Below, in pieces: positions 25,731 through 39,191 of a DNA stretch of 64,000 nucleotides. The DNA comes from Octopus sinensis (lineage: Eukaryota), in contig NC_043017.1 of assembly GCF_006345805.1 (NCBI RefSeq), positions 1,860,001 through 1,924,000 of the forward strand, given 5' to 3'. The position numbers and the translations under genes are program-made. Each line of letters begins with the position of its first letter. The first letter of the stretch is position 1. The notes under the pieces are model-generated. The model made no database searches. It was given only the letters and a program-made list of their open reading frames with translations, and had not been told where the DNA came from.

Positions 25731-26035
25731 TTTTATTCCGTTACTTGTTTCAGTCATTTGACTGCGGCCATGCTGGAGCACCGCCTTTAGTCTAGCAAAT
25801 CGACCCCAGGACTTATTCTCTGTAAGCCTAGTATGTCTGCCCAAAATCGCTTGAGAACCGATGCTGGTGTGTTTACGCCCCCGTAACTTAGCGGTTCGGC
25901 AAAAGGGACCGATAGAATAAGAATACTAGGCTTATAAAGAATAAGTCCTGGAGTCAATTTGCTCGACTAAAGGCGGTGGTCCAGCATGGCCGCAGTCACA
26001 TGACTGAAACACGTAAAAGTAAAAGCGTAAAGAGT
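25731..26035. mobile_element. SINE family B: inverted 3' fragment (-) fused to a 3' half (+)
   Basis: 25741-25833 is the reverse complement of 25924-26016, about 8 mismatches in 93 nt by eye. Confidence 0.88.
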
Positions 26036-27048
26036 ATATACACACACATACACATATACATATTATACATACATGCATACATACATACATACATACATAC
26101 ATGCATACATACATATACATACATACATACATACATACATACATACATACATTTATAAATACATACAAATCTATGTAGATATATGGCCTTGTGTTCTGTG
26201 GTTCTGTGACTGTATGTTTCTACGCATGCGTGAGGTAGAAAGTATTTTTTATGCACGTGCATGGTTCCATCGACCATGCGTATGTCTCAGCCATGCGATT
26301 GTGTGCATGTACAATAAAAATGACGTATACAGAATCTCAGGATTAAAGAGGATGAATAAGAGAATGCAGGAATTACTCTAAGATGTGTGCGTGAATGCCT
26401 ACCGCTGGAAAAGCAAATTGCTGCATAACGAGAGGTATTTTATCACGAGAGATTTCAATTTTTCTCTCGTGTTTCCTGTTCCATTCCATTCTTCCCCATC
26501 TTATTATGCGACAGGTGTCGGCGTATTTTTTTTTATATATATTTTGGTTTCTTTTCTATTTGCTTTGCCTCGACTTTAACATGACGTAACCGTATTATTA
26601 TTATCAGTTTTTTTTTTCTAAATCTTCCGGCAATTTGTTTGAAATTAATTTATTGAAAAAAATACCTCGTACACTTTTTATCTAATAACACGAAATGTTC
26701 TATGTTATATAGACATATATATGTGCGTGTATGGAGATCTGCGTGTGTGTGCGAATGTCAGTTTGTTCATGTGGGTTTGTGTCGATCGTGTCTGCTTGTT
26801 GTATATATATGTATATATATGTTACTTTTTTATTTGTGAATTTTTAATATTACCTGAGGTTTCATGCATTATATTTTGCATACTATCAAGCGTTCCTCAT
26901 AAGAAATGAAAGTAATCCATTAGTAATTTGGATTTGTCTACATAAGATTTCACGGGACTTCAAACGGCATTAAGTGGTGCAAGGTAATACAATCGCCATA
27001 ATTAGGGGTAGTTAATTTATATACATATATACATATGTATATATATAA

Positions 27049-27112
<64 letters not shown>

Positions 27113-27294
27113 CCATGCCTAGAAACCGTGTGGACTAAGATTCCCGTTGAAAGGCCGCTGTTATTTATAGAGTGTTAAAGAATTTCGGTATGCAAGTTAG
27201 GGACTCCTTCACATAGTAACCGATACATTTGTTGAGTACATAAACAGTGTGGGTGCTTGTTTCTCTGGAGACTGTCAGAATGATGTAGACGCCT

Positions 27295-27346
27295 CTGATG
27301 AGAACTCAATAACGTTCGAAAATCGATTAACGTTGTTCATCGATTA
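27295..27346 (+). ncRNA. Hammerhead-ribozyme-core-like motif (type I topology; stems II and III intact, stem I displaced)
   Basis: CTGATGA (27295-301), stem II GAAC/GTTC, GAAA (27318-21), stem III AATCGAT/ATCGATT, then a UUA cleavage triplet. Activity is not established. Confidence 0.5.
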
Positions 27347-28141
27347 TTTTCAGTCTGCGGAGAAATGGCCAAAATTCACACTGTTTATAATTATGCCATA
27401 TGTTACATATAAAACGTATTATGATATTACATAAAGTAATACAATATATATTCATATATTTGTAAATATCATATATTTATTTTAAAGACTCTGCTGAGTG
27501 AAGACAGTCACATAGAACCAGATCATGTACCGCACATGCTAACACGACATTGCCATGTAAATGCATATCTTTTAAATACAATTGCGCGGTGCGTACACGA
27601 ACATTTGCCTCATTGACTGTGAATAACTTTGAAGAATATACACGGATAATTTCCCGCCGTTTTCAAAATTATTTGGCAAGGTAATGGGAATATTATTCGC
27701 TAAACTCTCTGAATATTCACCAGACACTGCTTGTGCGTTATTTTGCGTTGCACCACGTAATAAGGTTTGAAGTACCGTGAAATCCCAGCCAACCAAATTC
27801 AAAAGGGTGATTGGGTACCCTAATTTTTTTTAAGTGAACAGGGGATCAAAGGAAAATTGCGAATTATAATACAGGAAACCTAAAGTGGCGCAGAAATATA
27901 CGTCTGTGTTTGTGTGTGTGTGTGGTGGGGGGTGTTTGTGTGTGTGTGTGTGTGTGTGTGTGCATCCACTGCATTGGAAGTTTGAAAATTATTGAACGAG
28001 AAACGTGTGAATGATATACATTTATCGATGCATTGCACGTTTATAAAAAGACATACGCATGCAAGGACGCATACAAATATGTACATGGAAACCGTGTGAT
28101 ATTTAGAATACTGTCCTTCTTTATATACATACATACATATG

Positions 28142-28205
<64 letters not shown>

Positions 28206-28718
28206 ATATAATATACACATGCATATAACAGTAGCAAGATACGACTGAATATGTTAAAAATACAAATGAAACCAAATAACAAACAAAACCGATTATAACA
28301 AATATTTCTTCGTTGCAAAATGCGTAAAAGATGTATAAAAGGCAAGTCCACACTTGCTCTGTATACCCTATTCCAATTATACGAACGTTTCACAATTGCA
28401 TGGCCTATTTCAGCACCAGTAGTCAACCTTGATAGATGCAAATAACAAATAATGATGGCAGTTTCTGATGTGCAGGATAATTTAGAATATGATGCTGAAA
28501 TACGGATCAGTATTTTATATTCTCTTGTGGGTCTCGTAGTTTTCTTTTTAATTGGCATAATCTTGGCTCGGTTCTAGTAATGGCCAGGTAGGATTTGACT
28601 GAAGCGCGTCAGTTGACAGGATTCATTTTTCCTTGTTTTTTTTTTCTTCGGTAGAGTTACTCCTCTGCGGAATCCAGTATTTAACGCCATAATATCCCTT
28701 GTCATTATGCCGCGAACG

Positions 28719-29130
28719 AAGGCGTTGAGCTGGCAGAATCGTTAGCACGCCGGGCGAAATGCTTAGCGGTATTTCGTCTGTCGTTACGTTGTGAGTTCAC
28801 ATTCCGCCGAGGTCGACTTTGCCTTTCATCCTTTCGGGGTCGATAAATTAAGTACCAGTAACGCACTGGGGTCGATGTAATCGACTTAATACCTATGTCT
28901 GTCCTTGTTTGTCCCCTCTGTGTTTAGCCCCTTGTGGGTAATAAAGAAATAGGTATTTCGTCTGCCGTTAGGTTCTGAGTTCAAATTCCGCCGAAGTCGG
29001 CTTTGCCTTTCATCCTTTCGGGCTTGATAAATTAAGTACCAGTTACGCACTGGGGTCGATGTAATCGACTTAATCCGTTTGCCTGTCCTTGTTAGTCTCC
29101 TCTGTGTTTAGCCCCTTGTGGGCAGTAAAG
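28719..29130 (+). mobile_element. SINE family A, dimer
   Basis: A full unit at 28719-28951, then a second unit starting GGTATTTCGTCTG at 28952. Confidence 0.92.
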
Positions 29131-29827
29131 ATTCTGCCAGCTCGCCGCCTTAAATACTTCTAATATTGCTGTCCCGTAAATCATATGAAATCCTAATAAC
29201 TCGTTCTGTTATACTGGCTATGAACTCAGAGACTATGGAACAGTAGCTTGTATGAACAGAATCAATTTCTAGAACAAACAACCAAATCTCTGTACATCTA
29301 TGTAATTAGCATAACATTTATAACTTACTTTTCTGTAGTACGTATGTTTCAAATGAATTAGCTAACCAGATGATGACTTCGCTGCAGAGTGCAGTAAAAC
29401 AGAAAAATATATTACTGTATAAGGTAAAATTAAATACCTTTCAAACAGATTCTTTGTAACAGCATACAAAATGAAAGCTAAAGGAAGACAACTTATCACT
29501 TCAGTATCCACATATTTCTGGAGTTCAAAAATGATAATACTAAAAGTCATAAACCCGTGTGGCCTTCTCCAGACCACCCGTCTGCTTATAATGATAAACA
29601 TTATTATTATATTGAGAAAAAAAAAAAAACTCTCTGGATCGTGTAACATTCTTTGCATACTTTTGAAATTCCAAACTATAGATGGAAGTAGGAGACTTTG
29701 TACAAATATTTCAATCGCAATTTATTGGTGTAATTCTAATTAAAAACCAACTGAATCAGTTTGTTTCCTGCATAATAATATCTTCCATTCTCAGAAGAGT
29801 GTTATATATTTAAAATAACTTGCATAA

Positions 29828-30238
29828 GCGCAGGAGTGGCTGTGTGGTAAGTTGCTTGCTTACCAACCACATGGTTCCGGGTTCAGTCCCACTGCGTGAC
29901 ATCTTGGGCAAGTGTCTTCTGCTATAGCCTCGGGCCGACCAATGCCTTGTGAGTGGATTTGGTAGAGGGAAACTGAAAGAAGCCCGTCATATATATGTAT
30001 ATATATATATGTATATGTGTGTGTATGTTTGTGTGTCTGTGTTTGTCCCCCTAGCATTGCTTGACAACCGATGCCGGTGTGTTTACGTCCCCGTCACTTA
30101 GCGGTCCGGCAAAAGAGACCGATAGAATAAGTACTGGGCTTACAAAGAATAAGTCCTGGGGTCGATTTGCTCGACTAAAGGTGGTGCTCCAGCATAGCCG
30201 CAGTCAAATGACTGAAACAAGCAAAACAGTAAAAGAGC
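29828..30238 (+). mobile_element. SINE family B, full length
   Basis: Same head, CORE-like domain, microsatellite and tail order. Confidence 0.92.
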
Positions 30239-30594
30239 ATGTTTTTTTTTATTTATAAACACTAAAATGATAACAAAATCCATAGCTTACCTACTTTTTA
30301 TACAAATGAATCTGAAGACATTGGAAGTTCTGCGTATTCTCGTTTGTTAACATTTGGAAATGACACAAGTTCTGCACTTGGCGATGTGTCTGACAATTTT
30401 TATTAGGTCCTTTTTATTTTTGTATTTTTTTTTTACTTCTGCATCTGATCAAAATCCAATTTTCTGTTGATTAATCATGTTTCGATGCTATTTCTGAATA
30501 CTTTTGCTAATATATTGTCATACAGGTTCCCTACATCAATCTTCAACAACTGGAAACAAGATATTGCTCCATTATTACTATTGTTATTATTAAT

Positions 30595-30596
<2 letters not shown>

Positions 30597-30664
<68 letters not shown>

Positions 30665-30676
30665 ATAATAATAAAG

Positions 30677-30732
<56 letters not shown>

Positions 30733-30768
30733 GATGATGATAATACTACTACTAATAATAATAATAAT

Positions 30769-30799
<31 letters not shown>

Positions 30800-30826
30800 G
30801 TGATGATGATGATGATACTAATACTA

Positions 30827-30878
<52 letters not shown>

Positions 30879-30896
30879 TGTTGATGATGATGATGT
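30597..30896. repeat. Compound (ATC)n(ATA)n(ATG)n trinucleotide microsatellite
   Basis: Direct inspection. Confidence 0.98.
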
Positions 30897-32720
30897 AATG
30901 TGATTACAAATTGCAGATGTTGCTATAATTGATGCTGTTGTTCTGCTTTTGTCTCCGTAGGTTCGGACGCACCAATATGACAGAGGAAGTCCGTCAAGAT
31001 GAGGGAGACATCGTCTAAAATACATACGTTATCTGACTGTCTATACTCTCGTAAATCTTTCTCTACCAATGTTTATAGGAATAGGCGTAAGGGAAATATG
31101 GTAATGATCTCTTTTAGGCAATAAAAAAAAAGAGGAAGGAAATGCCTCGGCAGCAACAGCATCAACTGCAGCAACTGCAGCAGTGTTTCAAAATGCACCT
31201 GCAGCTGTTGTGGTTGCCAGGAACTACATGTATGTATGTATGTGTTTGTGAATGTGCTCGTGTGTGTTGGGCTGTGTATATCTCTGTTGTGTACATGTGT
31301 GTAGAATAGCGAGCGTTTTGATAGATTGGGTTTGTTTTTTCTTCGTATATATAATGTAAATTATAAGAGGTTTATTAAGATGTGTTGTTGTCCTTAGCTT
31401 TGCTTAGCTCTTGGTTAACCACCAACAGGTAGACTTATGACCGAAAGGCTTTACAAATCTGAACATCCCATCTTTTATTTTTCAGATGCAGTACTTAGAA
31501 CTGCTACATACTCGTTTTCACCTTCCTGAGCTCAGGTCATATTATTCTTTAATTTTATTTTATCTAGTTTCAGCTCACAAGCTGTGGCCATGCTGGGGCA
31601 CCGCCATATGCTAGCAAAATTGATTTAATATAGATCCAGATAGGAAATAATCAAGCGTATCTCTTAATCGAAAAGCGTCCCAGCTTTAAACCCTGTTTAA
31701 TCTCTTAAAGATATAGTATCGTGAGAGTTTGTAGTCAAATATAATGATTATTATGTGGTTTCTGCGCTGGCTGAAGTAGTGAAGTTGTTTTTAGAGGTTA
31801 AATCGCAAGTCGGCGACGGATTAGCAAAGTTGTTAGAGCATCAGGTTGAATGTCTCGTGACATTTCTTCCCCTTCTCTGAGTTCTAATCATACAAGAGTC
31901 TACTTTATTTTCATGTCTTTGGGGCACGATGAAACATGGTGTCCCGAATTCTAAGAATGCTGGACCGGACAAATTGCGGTTTTTGTTCTGATCGTTTGCA
32001 TTCTGAGTTCAAACGACACAATGGTGCTAAACCGTCACCGGGCTTAGCATCATTACGTAAGTCTTCCATCGACTTTCACGGAGCCCATTAGCATTCAGGC
32101 CAGATCCCGGCTTGAAGATACCTCCCTCTTTCTCGCTTCGAAGGCCTTGTCACAACTGTCTTCTAGCCTATAGTATTGTTTCATTATCAATGGTCTGCTA
32201 GCGGCCGCCCCCTTAAATGTCAGCTAACATCTTGATTTAAGTTTTCCTTTATCAAATCTCATGATATTGCTTCTCATAAATCTTGATTTTTTATGACTAT
32301 ACACACTATGATTTCTGTCGACTTCCTCAGCCCTACCTCTAACAGACACTGCCCCTTGTTCTCTTGGCCTTAGATATAGAAGTCTATAAATTAATACTGA
32401 CCCCATAAAACAGCGACAAGCAAAAATCTGTAACAAGGCTTTCTTCCCGATACCTTAGTAGCTTCTAAGCTGAAGTGAAGACAGCACATTCTTTGTCTAT
32501 CTCCTTAAATTCTTGGAGATTTTAAGTAAAATTATACTAACGTGTCCACCTGTTTTAATTAAATATAATTGTATGTGTTCGTGCTGCTGAGGATTGCTCT
32601 GAATTTTTAAATTGATGAATTGGTTGCATTGTTCAATTAAATGGAGTTGCATGAAACGATCGTACTGTATTACTTTTGGATATCTTTGTTGCTTATTTTG
32701 ATACACACACACACACACAT

Positions 32721-32755
<35 letters not shown>

Positions 32756-35059
32756 TATATATATGCAAATACCTCGTCACAACTTTACACAGGCGCATCC
32801 AGATGATCATATCTACGTACAGACACAAATATGTACTTTGTAATGTAAAAGTCAAATCTACACATGCTGAAATACATAAACCAATCGTTCCTATGTAAAG
32901 AAGCAACCACAGAGAGTGACACATATATACACAAATGCAAAGAAAATTACTGCATAACGATACACATTTACATACCTAAACTGTTATACCGAAACACACA
33001 AATACGTCCATCTTGAAAACGGTTACATGGAAGAACACATATACATATGAAAGCAAATGGTTACATTAGATAGGATTTATATATATATATGTGTGTGTGT
33101 GTGTGTATGTATGTGTGTATTCATGTATTTATGTATACACACATACATGCACACATATAAGTAAAGAAACGGACACATGCAGCCACGTATACATACGTAA
33201 CGAAACAATCACGAAAATCTGTATGAATAACAAAAAAATAATCTACATTCGAGGTTTTATTTTATGCTTGTAGCAAATCCGAAATTTGCTTCGTTTTCTC
33301 CGTATATTCTTATATTATTTCTTTGTGTTTAATTATTGTATCATTCTTGTACATCATCCTCTTCTCTTCATCTTCTCTCCTGTATCTCGGTGTCCATTTA
33401 ATGCCTTCAATTCAGACAGAGGCATCGAAAAAGTCTATTATGGTACATTTACAAATTGTCAGGATATAACTGCTCATTTATCAAATTCTCCTGATTCTAT
33501 CACGTTGCTACATGCAATCTCTTTCACATTTACTAATTTTTCTATTTCTTGAACTGATTTTTTTTCATTATAGTTATTCCTGTTTCTTCTGCAATTTCTT
33601 CTGACCTTGTTGCTATTCCGGTTGTTGTTGCTGTTGCTGTCTTATCATTGCGTTGTGGAATAAAGACGGATTAAATGTTAAAATGTGTCATACTTGACGT
33701 AGCAACGGACTTGTTTCTAATTGTGAAGTATTGTAAGGCGATGCAACCTTGTTGAAGGGAGCTGCTCATGGAAAAAAAAATCAAAACCAATTCTTTAGAA
33801 TTTGCTACATGTGCATGAAGAATTCTCGAGCTGGGACTGACGTCTATTAATTTGTGGCGATTCAGCAATTAATAAATACTTATCCAAGTCTGTCTTGAAT
33901 CATTGGTCAAATGAATTAAAACTCTTGTGGCTGTGAAATCTAATATGTTGCCTTTTCTGTAATAATATTAATGGTTGCCATAGATTCCTATTTTGCGACG
34001 AGTTACAGAAATGGCAGAAAGTCGGATTAAATAAACGACTTTTTTATATTCAAGTCCTTACCTTTATGTTCAGGTTTCAAAATATATCATGCCTAACGTG
34101 GTTTGTTCATTCTTCCTTGTTCAATAAACTAAAAAACTCTGCATATGCCTATCACCAATAATACTAAGGTCGCATTTGGGCATGAGTGGTCAGCTTCGCC
34201 AAATTATTTGCTTGATTTGTTTCATCTTTTAATCACTGATGTCCACTTTAATTAGTAGCCAATTAGGAGCTTTATTACCACTTCATAAGCCAGAGGTCGG
34301 ACAACGTAATCATGTACAGAGTGAGAGGGAACCAAAATCTATTTAAGTCTATACTAATAGTGAGATTAAGTATTTGAGCAAGATGTTCGCGTAGAAAATT
34401 GGTGTTTATTTCTTGTAGTATCACCGGAGTTGCAGACTTTTTTGTGATTTTGTAAGGAATAACTCAGAACAAACTTCACCTCAAGAAACGATTTGAAGAA
34501 AACAGAAGAATAGACTTAATTTCAGCATTGACTATATGACTATATCCGATCAGACGAAAATGCTGAAAACGTTATAACGGCGGCGTATGGTGCTGTGGAT
34601 CAAGTTGCACTCAGTTTCAGGTGCGATAGAGTTATTAATTTCTTTATACTCTTACAACTAAATCGATGATCAGAATAAACAGATAGAATTAGTGCAACCG
34701 TTCAGTGGCGAAGGAAGGAATGTTGTAGCTTCATTGGCTTCCATATTTAACATTTCTATGTTAACGGAGTATGAACTTAGGGAAATATAATCTAACATCA
34801 TTAACGCTTGCCATGCTGTTGGAAATGCATAAATATAACATTCATTCCCTTTTTAAAATTATATAGTCAATAGAAGCGATAGAATATTTCCCCTTCATTA
34901 AAAGATATTGTATTCATCAGTATGGTGCACGAGCAACCCCCCCCCCGTCCAATGGACGGTGCTGAATCATATCTGCTGAATAAAAAGCAATCAGTGTTTT
35001 CTTTTCATTAAAAAATAATTAAGCATGCCTTTATTTCAATAAAATTTTTGGTTTTGCTA

Positions 35060-35480
35060 AACGAAGTTAAGGTAAAAAAAAAAATCTTGAGAAACCAAAT
35101 AGTCTTTCCTTCCTTCATGCCAAGTTTGAAGAAAATATCTCTTTTGCATCTTACTTATTTGGTCTCTTAAATATACTGCATTTTGTGGCATTATTTCAAG
35201 CCCGCCGGCTTTTTTTGCGCAAACAGCACGGGCATTTTTCTCGCGTACTCGTAGCATCGATCGCAACAGCTGATTTACTTGCGCGTACAAATGCACGTTC
35301 CCAGGGCTTTGTCCATCGCATTATCACCTGGAATCAATTTTTGAAATTTTTTTCAAGACTTATATACGCCCTGATACCGTCGGTATCTACATATCAAATT
35401 TGAGCGCAATCGGATGGAGGATGCCCAAGATCCTAGAAGACACACACACAGACAGACAGAGTGGATTTTATATGATAGAT
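35060..35480 (+). mobile_element. Probable non-autonomous Helitron/Helentron-associated element (HINE/DINE-like 3' end)
   Basis: Ends CAAATTTGAGCGCAATCGGATG...ACACACAGACAGACAGAGTGGATTTTATATGATAGAT, the (CAGA)n-then-...ATAGAT terminus typical of such elements. The 5' boundary is uncertain. Confidence 0.4.
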
Positions 35481-36263
35481 CATTGAATAAAGAAAACTTG
35501 CACAAAATCTTGGTTATAATATATTTGCAGAATTAGGCATTTTGCAATGGTTTTCTGACTGAGATTTAGATTTTCAGTTTGCTAGTCTGGTGAATAAACT
35601 TCCAGGCAACAATGTATACTATAATTAGTCCAGTTATTCGATTTCGGAGTCGAATTAACTTCAGCAAATTATATTAAACAGTAATATTATTTTTCAAAGA
35701 AATCGGATTATATTTAACTATAAAATAGATAGTTGTGGAACTATTTATTTTTTTATTATTAGAATAGTCTTGAAGTAATTGTAAGGTACATGTTAGATTA
35801 GTGTGTGTTTAGGTATATAGGTAAGTAGTTAGCGATGTAAATAAGAATGTCGATAGATAAATAAGTTAAACGGGAAGGAATTTGAACATGATAACATTGG
35901 AGAATAGAAAAAAAAACTTGTGTTATTAAGAATTGAAGAAAGTAACAGCCATTCAATTGGTGAATGTTTGCAAATAGACAGGAGACGATCGGAGAAATAA
36001 GCAGTTAAAAATAGCCATCGTAACAAGCATTCAAATCTAATAAAGCGAGATAATATTGAATATATTAATATATTGCTGTGCATAAGTCGGCTAAAAATAC
36101 GATGTTTCTCGATAAAATGTCACAAAATATATATTCACCTATTATTCAGAAGTTTCTATTTAATTATATATGTTATTCAACTTATTAAAGAGAAACGAAT
36201 TAGAAAAGGAAAAAAAAGACAATCATGAACATTGAAGACACGAATACATGACTACTGCTTCTT

Positions 36264-36305
<42 letters not shown>

Positions 36306-37774
36306 AGTATGATAATAATATTGGCTTCAAATTTTGGCACAAGGCCAGCAATTTAGGGGAGGGAGTAATTTTTTTTACACTGACCTCAGTCGAATGATTT
36401 CTGGAATGAGTCATTCCATGTTTCCACTAAACCGTGTAAGTACGTTCTCCTGTATCCATTTTAAATTCTTGGGACATCAATTTTATCACTTTCTTTTGTC
36501 ATAAAGCATTTTCAAACCCGTTGACTTTGCATTTGTTCACAGTGGATTGATTGCAGGGATAAATCGTCGACAATTTGGTTTTCCTTTCTGATTTACGCAC
36601 TCAGTTTTCTTCTTGTCTTTGTTGATTCCATGCTCATTCTTGTCCTTGCTGAGTGCTCAATACCGCCGCTCCTGTAGATGCATTTTTGCTGTTACTTTCG
36701 CGGCAACGATGGTTTTGCTAGGCTGGCTGTTGACGCTGTTATTATTACTGCGGCTGTTACCACCTTTACATTTTAAGTTTGAAAGCGAGCAGAGAGCTAG
36801 CCATCCGTGCCCTCTCTTCGCAACGCCATGTTTGCTTTTTAAAGTTAGTGAAGCAACGGAAGAAATTCCTCCCCGAAAGGCCAAGACAAAATGAAACTGA
36901 CTGTATTCGAACATATTTGTTTTAAATTCTTAGCTCGCTAGAACTTACCGGGCACTTTAAATAAAACAATATCAGAATATATCGAAGCAGTTGTGACAAA
37001 ACAGAAACATGGAAAAGTAGAAAACAAATGAAATCAATAATACACGCGTTGAGTAATAATATCCAATGAGACAAAAGAAAATTGATAATTCATAAAATTT
37101 ATGATATCATAACAAAGACTTAATAAGATATATATAAAATGTTATAAATAGTTGAAATGCTTTTCACTTTGATAAAAATAATGAAAATTTGCAACACATC
37201 GTGGAAAATTTGATCACGTTTTAATACGAAAAATGACACTTGCAAAGGAAAGTATAAAGGCGAAACAATATCACATAATATTAAAATATACATATTAAAG
37301 AAGTATGACAATTTTCTATGTGTGTAAACTATGTAAATTGACATTAAAAAAGTTTAAATTCAATTATGTATTTTGAATATAATGATATATATTGTAATAC
37401 ATTTAGACTAAGAAGAATAATTTCTTTACAGAATTCACTTCATATTTCGTACGAGACAGAATATCTTAAAATTTATATAAGCCGCAATATCAAAAATATA
37501 TATGAGCTTTTAGAAAAAAGATTATAATGTCTGTTGTCTTATCTTGGATTTATAAATTAAATGTTTTCTAAATGTCGGTATTAGTGAAAAGTATAAAGAT
37601 GAGGATTCTGAGAATAGTGTAGCTATTCCAAAAAGCTCTTCTAATGGACTCGTCTAGCAATTCACATAGGGATCCATGTAACAGCAAGTCCTGAAAATCT
37701 GATGGATTAAATTATTTCATGTTTAGTAGACGAAACCACAAAACCAGAAATACGAAAAGCAAGTATAGGAATTG

Positions 37775-37833
37775 ATGCTAAAAAGTTCCTGGCTTTAAGG
37801 GCGTCGCAAAAGGCCTGGTTGAAGGCTCAACCA
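37775..37833 (+). mobile_element. Possible mariner-derived MITE end fragment
   Basis: GATGCTAAAAAGTTCCTGGCTTTAAGG resembles a mariner-type TIR (…TGCTGAAAAGTTCCTGGCT). No partner end found. Confidence 0.3.
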
Positions 37834-37924
37834 TTTAGATTATGCAGAGTAATTTCTTTACATAATTCCGAGTCGATAAATAAGTACCATTTAATTAGTT
37901 GCTTCGCTGCAGTTTCCGTCTTAT

Positions 37925-38085
37925 ATATGTTTATATATATGTATGCGTGTGTATACGTTTGAGTGTCTGTGTTTGTCTCCCCCCCCCCGCCAAAAAAAAA
38001 ACATCGCTTGACAACTGATGTTGGTGTGTTTACGTCCCTGTAACTTAGTGGTTCAGCAAAAGCGATCAATAGAATAAGCATCAAA
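37925..38085 (+). mobile_element. SINE family B, middle fragment
   Basis: TGTTTGTCTCCCC...ACATCGCTTGACAACTGATGTTGGTGTGTTTACGTCCCTGTAACTTAG. Confidence 0.75.
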
Positions 38086-39125
38086 ATTGCTCGCCCTGTA
38101 CCAAAATTTGAAACCAATGTTTACACCCCACCACCGAAATTGCTGGCATTGTGCCAATATTTGAAATCATTATTTTTCATGATAGAAGCAATCTGAATTA
38201 TTGTTGTGAATTACCAAGTAATTTCGTCATTGTTTGAAATGTAATATGGCCGTGTCTTTTATGAAAAAATTTGTTACTATTGACGGCACTGATTGCTCTG
38301 ATGATGGGTGAGCCTCTGCTGGTAGTTGAAGGACAAAACCATAGAAAACAACCACAACAACAACGACAACAATACCTCGGGGAGGCTGTGGATAATATAG
38401 GAAATAATTTCTTATAAAGAACGGAATAATTGATTCCATTCAATAAGAAGATCATTCGGGGATACGAGAAGAAACTTTGCACCGCATATCGATGTCTGAA
38501 TGCATACATACACACACACACACACACTCATATACATACATATACGTATACATGCACATATATATGTGTGTCTGTGTGTGTATGTGTGACTGTGTGCCGT
38601 GTAAGTTATTATGCGTACGTGTACGCGTTGTGATGTGGGTATATATATATATATATATGTGCATGTGTGTGTATGTTTGTGTGTGTGGGTGTATGTGTAT
38701 ATGCTTGTATATATGTAAGCATACACACAGTCACACATGCACACACGCATATATATGATTTGTGTTCATATTACGTTTTGAGAACTATAAATTATGAGAA
38801 CTTCAAAGACGTGTTTGTCCATCTATATATAAACATATGACTGTACCGAAATAATCTATATTACGTATGCGAACATCGGTTGCCCAATACATACATGCAA
38901 ACATGCATACATACATGTACAAAACACACACACACATACACATACATGCACTCAATATACACATACACACATACATATACATAATATGTATATGTATGTA
39001 TATATTTTCATATCATATACATATATATATCTATATATGTATATATATACATATATATATGTATATATATATGTGTGTATATATATACATATATATATAT
39101 TATATATATATATATTATATATATA

Positions 39126-39191
<66 letters not shown>

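Noticed and set aside
32290-32335. CTGAGGA...GAAAT on the minus strand; similar CTGANGA hits at ~45887, ~48406, ~59354 and ~63907
   Set aside because: No valid stem I/III or no correctly placed GAAA. The 59354 hit is inside the transposase coding sequence. Treated as chance matches.
32230-32440. Possible RTE 3' remnant on the minus strand (RGR..RKS motif)
   Set aside because: Requires frameshifts and matches only a few residues.
36600-36900. GC-richer segment with AAACATGGCG on the minus strand
   Set aside because: The ATG frame stops after 10 codons (MALRREGTDG*) and the other frames are unrecognisable.
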